Assembly: GCA_903916665.1 (NCBI GenBank)
Contig: CAIWXP010000093.1
Coordinates: forward strand, 1-10,479
DNA length: 10,479 nt
Direction of reading: 5' to 3'
Source: Candidatus Iainarchaeum sp.
GTDB lineage: Archaea; Iainarchaeota; Iainarchaeia; Iainarchaeales; 0-14-0-20-30-16
The notes below the pieces were generated by a model. The model searched no databases. It was not told the origin of the DNA and was given only the letters and a program-made list of their open reading frames with translations. Made by a program: the position numbers and the translations under genes. How positions within the stretch are numbered: the stretch's first letter is position 1; the number at the start of each line of letters is the position of its first letter. Positions 1-6,579 of this stretch are shown here, piece by piece.

Positions 1-60
1 AATGATAACACTTTAAATGCAAATGAAGAATATAGTATTGAATTAGATGAAAAACAAGAA

Positions 61-2421
61 ATGGAATCAGAAAATGAAAATACAAATGATTCTGATGAAC
101 ATGAAGAAAAATATGATGATAAAATAAATATAGAATTAACTTTTTTTGAAAATCCGGAAACTGGTCATGCATTGGTTGGAAGAAAACCAAGCGTATTCAA
201 AAAATATGGTGAAGACGCATCATTATATTTAGGAAAAGTTTTTGAACCTAATTATCCAGAAAAAGAAATATACTTTGATTCTTTAGATCCACAGGTAATA
301 TTTGTATGTGGTTCAAGAGGTTCTGGAAAATCCTATATTTTAGGTGTTATTGCAGAAGAGCTTGCGCTAAAAAATAAAAATGTTGGACAAATAGTAATAG
401 ATCCGGTTGGTGTTTTTTGGTCAATGAAATATCCTAACAAAGAGGATAGGGAAATTCAAGAATTACAAAAATATGGTTTGGAACCAAAGGGCTTAGAAAA
501 TGTAATTGTTTTTGTACCTGAAAGTGCAGCAAATAAATTACCCAAGGAAACCTATGATGCCACTTTTACAATTCAGCCTGCATTTCTAACCTCAGAAGAT
601 TGGGCATTAACATTTGGTATTGATAGATTTGCGCCTTCTGGATTATTGTTAGAAAAAGTAATTAAAAATGTTCGTGATGGTTATCGTGCCATAAATGGTT
701 TAATTTTTAGACCCAAAGCAGATAATTACGATATGAATGATATTATTTATTGTTTGGAAAATGATGTTGAATTAAACTCAAAAGAAAGAGGCTATAGAAA
801 GGAATCTATCAGGGCTTTGGTTTCAAGATTTGAAGCTGCAAAAACCTGGGGTATATTTTCAAAAAAAGGAACACCATTAATTGAATTATCTGTTCCCGGC
901 CAATTAACTGTTATTGATACTAGTTTTTTAGATGAAAATGTTTCTGCTTTGCTTGTTGGAATATTAGCAAGAAGAATTTTGAATGCAAGAAAATTAAGTT
1001 CAAGAAAAGAAGCATCTAAAAAAATTAATACTGATTTACCAAACATAGATTTGGAAAATGATATTCCTCCTACTTGGTTATTTTTAGATGAAGCACACAC
1101 TCTAATTCCTTCGGGAAGTTTGGCAACACCCGCATCAAAATCAATTGTAGAATATGTTAAACAAGGAAGAAAGCCAGGTTGTTCATTGGTTGTAGCAACA
1201 CAGCAACCTTCTGCCATAGATACAAGAGTTTTATCTCAGGTAGGAACATTAATAACCTATAAATTAGTTTTTGATGATGATATTAAAGCAGTTTTCAAAA
1301 GATTACCAACAATAGTTCCAAAAAGATTTAGAGAAACTAGTTTTATAAAACGATTAAGCGTTGGTGTTCCATTGTTTGCAGATAAAGTAGAAACAACTTC
1401 AAGAGCTTTTGTTATGACTGTTAGACCAAGAATGAGTCAACATGAAGGAAGAGAAATACAAACTGCTGAAACTCAAGCACAATTAACCGATGATGAAATT
1501 TTAAGAACAATGGTTAGCATTACACAAAATAAAATTAGACAATTTGAAGAATTAGATGTTAGTTCATTGAGAACGCTTTTAAAAATATTAAATATGAAAT
1601 ATAAAACGGATATTGATTTTGATACTCTATCTCAAAAATTAATTGACAGCGAAGTTATTTTAGAAAAAGATAGATATTTTATAACTAAAGAAGCAGAATC
1701 TGAACACTATGAAGAAAAAGTATCCTATCATATTATTGAACCACAATATAATGAAGAAGAAATTTTAGGTTTTGTAAAAAGAAGTACGGGTTGGAGTAAT
1801 TTTACAAATAAAACCGTTTACAGACCAATCTTTAAAGTTAATTATAAAATATTTAACGAAGATGGAAGTTACGTTGACAATGCCTGCTATGTTGATAGTG
1901 TTAAGGTTGAATTTTTACATTTTTTAGATAAAGAATTTGCCTATTCTTCTGGTCTAAGTATTTTAAGAACTTTAGATGCTGATGATATTAGAATATTAAT
2001 TGAATTACCAAAAAAACAAGGATTTGATATGGATTTCTTGAAAGATAATTTTGCTTTTGGTGATGTTAAATTAAAAAATACAATGGATAGATTAGGAACT
2101 TTGGGATTATTAAGAAGAGAAAGAAGAGGAACAAAAAATATTTTCTTTTTAATTAAAAATTTAGAAGTACCAATGAATCCATTGCACAAAGTATTAAGTA
2201 CTTTAGATGATTTGCCAGTTGTTTCTGATCAAATAAAAAAAGAAGATATATTAGAAGCAAGAGCTACTTTTGAAACAGTGAGAAATATTTTAGGAACTCT
2301 ATGGAGCTCAATTAAAATTGATGATATTGAAACGCTTTTAAAACAAGAAGTTTTAGTAACTAATTTAGATACAAAAGATACACAAATTTTTGATTCCTAT
2401 ACAGGAAAGAAAATAAATTAG
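61..2421 (+). CDS. FtsK/HerA-superfamily P-loop ATPase (HerA/DUF87-like) with acidic N-terminal tail and long C-terminal extension containing a winged-helix-like segment
   Basis: 786 aa ORF. Walker A GSRGSGKS is at nt 310-333, Walker B LFLDEAH at nt 1078-1098, and the FtsK/HerA-type ATQQPS motif at nt 1195-1212, followed by VLSQ. The C-terminal third has a MarR-like wing signature, DRLGTLGLLRRERRGTKNIFFLI (about nt 2085-2155). The reading frame stays open from nt 1 to the ATG at 61, so the true N-terminus may lie upstream of the window. Confidence 0.85.
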   Translation: MESENENTNDSDEHEEKYDDKINIELTFFENPETGHALVGRKPSVFKKYGEDASLYLGKVFEPNYPEKEIYFDSLDPQVIFVCGSRGSGKSYILGVIAEELALKNKNVGQIVIDPVGVFWSMKYPNKEDREIQELQKYGLEPKGLENVIVFVPESAANKLPKETYDATFTIQPAFLTSEDWALTFGIDRFAPSGLLLEKVIKNVRDGYRAINGLIFRPKADNYDMNDIIYCLENDVELNSKERGYRKESIRALVSRFEAAKTWGIFSKKGTPLIELSVPGQLTVIDTSFLDENVSALLVGILARRILNARKLSSRKEASKKINTDLPNIDLENDIPPTWLFLDEAHTLIPSGSLATPASKSIVEYVKQGRKPGCSLVVATQQPSAIDTRVLSQVGTLITYKLVFDDDIKAVFKRLPTIVPKRFRETSFIKRLSVGVPLFADKVETTSRAFVMTVRPRMSQHEGREIQTAETQAQLTDDEILRTMVSITQNKIRQFEELDVSSLRTLLKILNMKYKTDIDFDTLSQKLIDSEVILEKDRYFITKEAESEHYEEKVSYHIIEPQYNEEEILGFVKRSTGWSNFTNKTVYRPIFKVNYKIFNEDGSYVDNACYVDSVKVEFLHFLDKEFAYSSGLSILRTLDADDIRILIELPKKQGFDMDFLKDNFAFGDVKLKNTMDRLGTLGLLRRERRGTKNIFFLIKNLEVPMNPLHKVLSTLDDLPVVSDQIKKEDILEARATFETVRNILGTLWSSIKIDDIETLLKQEVLVTNLDTKDTQIFDSYTGKKIN

Positions 2422-2429
2422 GTGATTTG

Positions 2430-3011
2430 ATGGGCATAAAATTATTGCAAGTTAATGAAAATGTTTTATCTTTAATAAATAAAAAGATAGGATCATATTT
2501 TTTAGGAATTATACTTTTTATAGTTGGAATTATATTCGAAATTTACTATTTTTCAGACAAGGATATATATGTTTTGATAATTGGAATTGTATTGATGATT
2601 ATTGGTGTATTGGTATTTCTGTTTACAAAAAGGGAATATTATACATTTGACAAAACACAAAATAAATTATTAATTAGTTTAAAATCGATAGTAAGTAATA
2701 CAACAGATTCAAGAGATTTAAAGAAAATAAAAGAAATTGAATATACTACTTCTACAAAAATATCTACTTCACAAAAGGGATTATCAGTAAATACAACCTA
2801 TTTTATGGTTATAAAATTTGAGGACTCACAGGATATATTTATTTCATTAAATTCTAAAAATCAAAATAGTGTAACTAGCCTTTTAGGTAATTCTAGCTAT
2901 AGATTAACTTGCCAAAAAACTGCTGAATTCTTAAAGGTTCAATTTAAAGAAATAAGTCCGGAGTCCGTAATTAAAGACGCATTTAATTTGGGAAAAAGTA
3001 ACAATATATAA
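2430..3011 (+). CDS. Small membrane protein: two N-terminal TM helices plus a soluble domain of about 125 aa, function unknown
   Basis: Hydrophobic helices YFLGIILFIVGIIFEIYYF and IYVLIIGIVLMIIGVLVFLF lie at about nt 2490-2624. GGTGA at 2421-2425 overlaps the upstream TAG stop and sits 4 nt before the ATG at 2430. The ORF track begins at TTG 2427, which is only 1 nt from the SD, so ATG 2430 is preferred. No recognisable catalytic motif. Confidence 0.7.
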   Translation: MGIKLLQVNENVLSLINKKIGSYFLGIILFIVGIIFEIYYFSDKDIYVLIIGIVLMIIGVLVFLFTKREYYTFDKTQNKLLISLKSIVSNTTDSRDLKKIKEIEYTTSTKISTSQKGLSVNTTYFMVIKFEDSQDIFISLNSKNQNSVTSLLGNSSYRLTCQKTAEFLKVQFKEISPESVIKDAFNLGKSNNI

Positions 3012-3022
3012 AAATTAAAAAA

Positions 3023-3054
3023 GATTGGCAAATTGTTTCTTATACTTGCCAATC
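3023..3054. terminator. Hairpin terminator between convergent genes (stronger for the minus-strand gene)
   Basis: GATTGGCAA (3023-3031) pairs perfectly with TTGCCAATC (3046-3054), giving a 9 bp stem and a 14 nt loop. On the minus strand the hairpin is followed by TTTTTTAATTTTT. On the plus strand only a weak TTTATT follows. Confidence 0.6.
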
Positions 3055-3064
3055 AGTTTATTAA

Positions 3065-4300
3065 TTAAAGATTTTCGGATTTTAAATCAATATTTTTAAC
3101 ATAAACATTTTTTGCAAATATTGCTTTACTTGATAAAAACATTTTATAGATTAATGCAAAGAATGCAATGATAAATATTGCAATAATTATCCAGATTGTT
3201 GATCCTTCTCCAAAACTAAACAAACCTGTGAATGAAGTTCCTAAACTAAAATTTGATTTGTTTACATCTAGATTTTGATCTTCTGCAGTTTGTAAATCAA
3301 TTTCTTTATACAATTGACCTGCAAAATAAACATTTAGATCTTTTTCTTCTTTTTCTGCTTGTAAAAAGTATGTTTGACTAGGTTGTAATAGCAATGAAAA
3401 TTCTCTTTTATTTGTATTAACATCTAAAGAAACATACTCTGTTCCAACATTTGTTATTGCTAATTCTTTTGTATTCTTTGTGTAAGCAACTAAAATATCT
3501 TGGTTTTTTAAAGTTAGGTTTAATTGACCTAAATCTATTTGTTCACCAGATAATGTTTCAATGGCATAGAAATAAATTGGAGTATAATTTATATTATAAT
3601 CTTCATCCATTTTTATTGTTAATATAATATTTCTTTCTTCATCTTTTGATAAAGAAAAATAATTTTCATTAAATGTTAAATTTAATTTGTTTTTATCTGG
3701 AGAATCAACAATTGCACCAATTTTAAATGTTGAACTAGATCCAACATTTTTAAAACTAAATAAAACTGTTTGTTCTTTATTTGCATCAATTAAAATATTT
3801 CTTGTTGAAATATTTTGTAAAACTAATTTTGGTGCTTCATTGGTATAATCTGAAGTTTTATATACTAATTTTTCTTTTGCAATTACTTTTACATTAATTA
3901 TAGTTTCTCTAGTTTCTGTCATTCCATTATAATTTACAGCTGTAATTAATTTAACCGGATAATCGCCGGGTAACTCATTACCTACTTTAATATACAATGG
4001 CAAATCAAAATTTGAAAAATTACTAGTTTTAGGAGTTATATATGCGTATAATGGAGAATCTACTTTTTGATAGAAAGTTAATTCACTATCAGAATTTAAA
4101 CCATAATATATTCTTAATTGATAATCCGTACCCTGTTGTAAAGTTAATGTATTACTCTCAGGGTAAATATCATAGTTTAACTTGTATTGTGCACCAGCAT
4201 TAGCAAAGGCCAAAGCCAATAGTACAAAAGTTACTAACATTAAACCCTTTAATAAAGATTTTGTATCATAATCAAAAACCATAGGATCAGCTCCAATCAT
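3065..4300 (-). CDS. Surface-exposed beta-sandwich (CARDB/NEW3-like) protein with N-terminal signal sequence and C-terminal TM anchor
   Basis: 411 aa. The N-terminal hydrophobic segment LMLVTFVLLALAFANA precedes an A-x-A-type cleavage site. The C-terminal helix TIWIIIAIFIIAFFALIYKMFL is at nt 3134-3199. The middle part has alternating beta-strand patterns typical of CARDB-like modules, for example EQTVLFSFKNVGSSSTFKIGAIV...ERNIILTIKM. This is a fold-level call only. Confidence 0.7.
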   Translation of the reverse strand: MIGADPMVFDYDTKSLLKGLMLVTFVLLALAFANAGAQYKLNYDIYPESNTLTLQQGTDYQLRIYYGLNSDSELTFYQKVDSPLYAYITPKTSNFSNFDLPLYIKVGNELPGDYPVKLITAVNYNGMTETRETIINVKVIAKEKLVYKTSDYTNEAPKLVLQNISTRNILIDANKEQTVLFSFKNVGSSSTFKIGAIVDSPDKNKLNLTFNENYFSLSKDEERNIILTIKMDEDYNINYTPIYFYAIETLSGEQIDLGQLNLTLKNQDILVAYTKNTKELAITNVGTEYVSLDVNTNKREFSLLLQPSQTYFLQAEKEEKDLNVYFAGQLYKEIDLQTAEDQNLDVNKSNFSLGTSFTGLFSFGEGSTIWIIIAIFIIAFFALIYKMFLSSKAIFAKNVYVKNIDLKSENL

Positions 4301-4322
4301 ATATAGAACTTAGCAAAGAAGT

Positions 4323-4385
4323 CTTTATAAAGTTATTTATTGTTTAACTCATCCAATTAATCTAGTTTATAAATGGCTTTAAATA
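4323..4385. promoter_or_regulatory. Divergent promoter region with two TATA-like boxes, each about 26-27 nt upstream of its start codon (leaderless pattern)
   Basis: The palindromic CTTTATAAAG (4323-4332) is centred about 27 nt from the minus-strand ATG at 4300. TTTAAATA (4378-4385) is centred about 26 nt from the plus-strand ATG at 4407. Neither gene has an SD. TATA-like strings are common in AT-rich DNA, so confidence is modest. Confidence 0.4.
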
Positions 4386-4406
4386 CATCGCTTCATTATA
4401 TATACA

Positions 4407-5180
4407 ATGGACCAAAAAAAGATTTTATTATTTTGCTTTGCATTTTTACTAATTTTGAGCCCTATTTTTGCCAAAGCTGAAATAAACATAGATATTTTAG
4501 AAAATACCCCTTACATAGACTACACCTTGCCATTTACTTCCAGTTTTAGCATCGATTTACCAGATTTTGGTAATTTAATCTATCTTAAAGTATTGCCCAG
4601 TGATATTAATTATATATTTAATAATGGCAAATTAACAATTAATTCTGCCACTCCTGGAACATTGGTATTAAAATATGAAGGCACGGATTTTTTAGATAAT
4701 CATTCATTCTATGATAAAACTTTAGATTTTAACATATTTCAAGAAACAACAATAAATATTCAATGTGATAAGAACATTTCAAAAATAAATACTTTAGAAA
4801 TAAATAATACTAATTATTCAATAAAAACCAGTGAACCAACTACTTTACACATATTAATAGAAAAGGATCCATTCAGGTGGCAAAATATTCTAATTATATC
4901 ACTTTGTTTAGCGTTTGTAATTATAATTATGGTTCCAATACTATTGAAAAAATTTCCAAAAGAAAAAAAGAAAAAACTATATTTAGATGCAACACAACAA
5001 AAAGTATATGATACGGTTAAAAAACAAAAAGAAATGACACAACAATCTATTGCAAACCAATTAAACCTAAACAAAAGTCATTTAAGCAAGATATTAAACA
5101 AAATGGAAAGAAATGATCTAATTGAAAGAAAGAAAGTAGGAAAAGTAAATAAAATTATTTTAACAGACAATAAAAAATAA
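4407..5180 (+). CDS. Type-I membrane-tethered transcription regulator: signal peptide, ectodomain, single TM helix, C-terminal cytoplasmic winged helix-turn-helix (MarR/ArsR-like)
   Basis: 257 aa. Signal peptide MDQKKILLFCFAFLLILSPIFAKA is at nt 4407-4478. The ectodomain is about 130 aa. The TM helix WQNILIISLCLAFVIIIMVPILL is at nt 4878-4946, followed by a positive-inside KKFPKEKKKK stretch. The wHTH pattern is at nt 4983-5165: QQKVYDTVKKQKEMTQQSIANQLNLNKSHLSKILNKMERNDLIERKKVGKVNKIILT (helix-turn-helix plus a basic wing). Confidence 0.75.
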   Translation: MDQKKILLFCFAFLLILSPIFAKAEINIDILENTPYIDYTLPFTSSFSIDLPDFGNLIYLKVLPSDINYIFNNGKLTINSATPGTLVLKYEGTDFLDNHSFYDKTLDFNIFQETTINIQCDKNISKINTLEINNTNYSIKTSEPTTLHILIEKDPFRWQNILIISLCLAFVIIIMVPILLKKFPKEKKKKLYLDATQQKVYDTVKKQKEMTQQSIANQLNLNKSHLSKILNKMERNDLIERKKVGKVNKIILTDNKK

Positions 5181-5341
5181 TATAAATTCATTTTCAAATA
5201 TCTTGCCCGGGGTATAACGCATAGCAACCAAAATTATTTCTTTTAAGCCAACTGTTTTCTTTTATAATTGCCAAAAACGTTTCTTTGTAGAAAGAAAAGG
5301 TATTAACGCTTTGGGTAGCCTGTAGCCTTTCTAAAAGGCTC

Positions 5342-5384
5342 AGTTTCCTATAGTTTCCAATCAGTTATATATATGGTTTCCAAT
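5342..5384 (+). promoter_or_regulatory. Three direct copies of a (A/G)GTTTCC(A/T)AT decamer bracketing a TATA-like element: putative operator/promoter of the coiled-coil protein gene
   Basis: AGTTTCCTAT (5342-5351) and AGTTTCCAAT (5352-5361) are exactly tandem with a 10 bp period. GGTTTCCAAT is at 5375-5384. TTATATATAT (5365-5374) lies between copies 2 and 3. The start codon is at 5428, preceded by GGAGGTGA. Confidence 0.45.
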
Positions 5385-5427
5385 ATAACCCTATTACATT
5401 TTAATTAAATTCACTGGAGGTGAATAA

Positions 5428-6570
5428 ATGATAACTAAACTATTAGCAGTTTTAGGCGTATTATTCCTAGCAACAGTAGTATTAGCTAGTGCAGTACATG
5501 CAGATACAAATACAGATAGTAATTCGGGAGCCGGAAATACGCAATTAATTTCAGCAAATGATGGCCCACAAACAGGATCAAATATGGATGGTAATCAAAC
5601 AGATTATCAAACAAAAATAAAAGATCAAATAGAAGAGAAAAAGAAAGAATTACAAGATAAATTAGATAAAGGAAAAGCTAATTTTCAAGATAAAATAGAT
5701 CAGATGAAAGATAAATTAGATAAATTTAAACAACAGGCTAAAGACAGATTAGATAAACTAAAGGAAACACAGGATAATTGGAAACAAGAAAAGGGAAAAT
5801 TTCCTGGTTTAAATATGATGTTAAATAGCCCAGAAGGAAAAATGGCAACAATGCAATATATTCAAGTATTAGGAGATCAAATTGCAGAACATTTTAAAAG
5901 TTTAGCAGATAAAAATGGTCCCTTAGCAAGCTATTGGTTAACAAAACCAGATGAAATAAATTCTATTGTTGCAAATTTAGATTCAAATTCAACAAAAGAA
6001 GATATTTTAAATGCAATACAAGAATTAAAAAAGACTTGGCAAAACAATGAGCCTCAAAGAAAAGCAGCCATTGGAGTAAACTATGTTGATGGTGTAACAA
6101 GAGTTGTTCCAAAGATGGAAAACATATTAAATAGTCTAGATAAAAAATTAGATACTCTTGAAGCAGCAGGTATTGATGATAACACTGCAAGAACACAATA
6201 TTATTTAGCCATTGAAAGTATTGCTAATTTAAAACTAGATTTAACTAATACACAAGAACAATTGAAAACAAAAATCTCAGATACAAATATTGATGTTAAT
6301 TCAATAAATAGTTTATTGAAAACATTAAATGTGGAAGTAAAAGATACTAGAAAAACAATTGTTGATGCAGTTAATGAATTTAATAAATTAAAAAGAGATT
6401 TTGCAAAAGATAAACAAGCAGAAAAAGATCAAAATAGGGTATTTGATGGTAATAGACCAAGAAAACATCCACAAATAAGAGACACAAATAAAGCAGATGA
6501 TCAAAATGGTACGGACCTAAATACAGAAGATGATAATCAAAACACAGCAGATGTAAATCAAGGACAATAG
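5428..6570 (+). CDS. Secreted coiled-coil protein with K/D/Q-rich periodic repeats and acidic/N/Q-rich disordered C-terminal tail
   Basis: 380 aa. Signal peptide MITKLLAVLGVLFLATVVLASAVHA is at nt 5428-5502. A full SD, GGAGGTGA, lies at 5416-5423. A repeated (Q/K)D(K/R)(L/I)D(K/Q) motif recurs with 11-7-11 residue spacing. There is no second TM segment. Confidence 0.75.
   Translation: MITKLLAVLGVLFLATVVLASAVHADTNTDSNSGAGNTQLISANDGPQTGSNMDGNQTDYQTKIKDQIEEKKKELQDKLDKGKANFQDKIDQMKDKLDKFKQQAKDRLDKLKETQDNWKQEKGKFPGLNMMLNSPEGKMATMQYIQVLGDQIAEHFKSLADKNGPLASYWLTKPDEINSIVANLDSNSTKEDILNAIQELKKTWQNNEPQRKAAIGVNYVDGVTRVVPKMENILNSLDKKLDTLEAAGIDDNTARTQYYLAIESIANLKLDLTNTQEQLKTKISDTNIDVNSINSLLKTLNVEVKDTRKTIVDAVNEFNKLKRDFAKDKQAEKDQNRVFDGNRPRKHPQIRDTNKADDQNGTDLNTEDDNQNTADVNQGQ
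5656..5757 (+). repeat. In-frame periodic DNA/protein repeat inside the coiled-coil protein gene
   Basis: GATAAATTAGATAAA occurs exactly at 5656-5670 and 5710-5724. Diverged copies are GATAAAATAGATCAG (5689-5703) and GACAGATTAGATAAA (5743-5757). Spacings are 33, 21 and 33 nt, which is 11, 7 and 11 residues. Confidence 0.7.
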
Positions 6571-6579
6571 GGTGATTAA

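Noticed and set aside
792-1217. 141 aa minus-strand ORF
   Set aside because: It lies entirely antisense within the conserved ATPase core, between Walker A and the ATQQPS motif. It has no start signals or recognisable motifs. It is a typical shadow ORF.
1941-2189. 82 aa minus-strand ORF
   Set aside because: It is antisense to the C-terminal extension of the ATPase gene. Its K/F/L/S-rich composition is what reverse-reading AT-rich codons produces. It has no independent signals.
61-2421. Canonical HerA of the HerA-NurA-Mre11-Rad50 end-resection operon
   Set aside because: No NurA, Mre11 or Rad50 gene is adjacent. The downstream partner is a 2-TM protein, and the ATPase has a long non-canonical C-terminal extension.
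2427-2429. TTG start codon given by the ORF track for the 2-TM protein
   Set aside because: It lies only 1 nt after the GGTGA SD. The ATG at 2430 has a 4 nt spacing, identical to the 6571/6580 junction.
4190-4261. Class III (prepilin-like) signal peptide in the CARDB-like protein (LLKG followed by a hydrophobic stretch)
   Set aside because: The same segment ends in a good A-N-A signal-peptidase-I site. The protein also has a C-terminal TM anchor and is much larger than typical archaeal pilins. FlaFind-type analysis would be needed to revive this idea.
4814-5074. 86 aa minus-strand ORF
   Set aside because: It is antisense to the TM helix and wHTH region of the 4407-5180 gene, whose domain logic is coherent. 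It has no SD or promoter.
5203-5230. Possible tRNA or tRNA fragment (GCCCGGGGTATAACGCATAGCAACC resembles an acceptor stem plus D-arm start)
   Set aside because: No complementary D-stem, anticodon arm, T-loop (GTTCRAATC-like) or 3' acceptor strand could be found on either strand. At most it is a decayed fragment, which cannot be supported.
5181-5427. C/D-box sRNA or riboswitch in the long spacer
   Set aside because: I found no RUGAUGA C box or CUGA D box pair, and no motif I recognise from known riboswitch classes. It is kept only as an unclassified structured region in the findings.
5963-6196. 77 aa minus-strand ORF
   Set aside because: It is antisense to the coiled-coil protein gene. Its leucine-rich, low-complexity sequence is generated by reverse-reading K/E/Q-rich codons.
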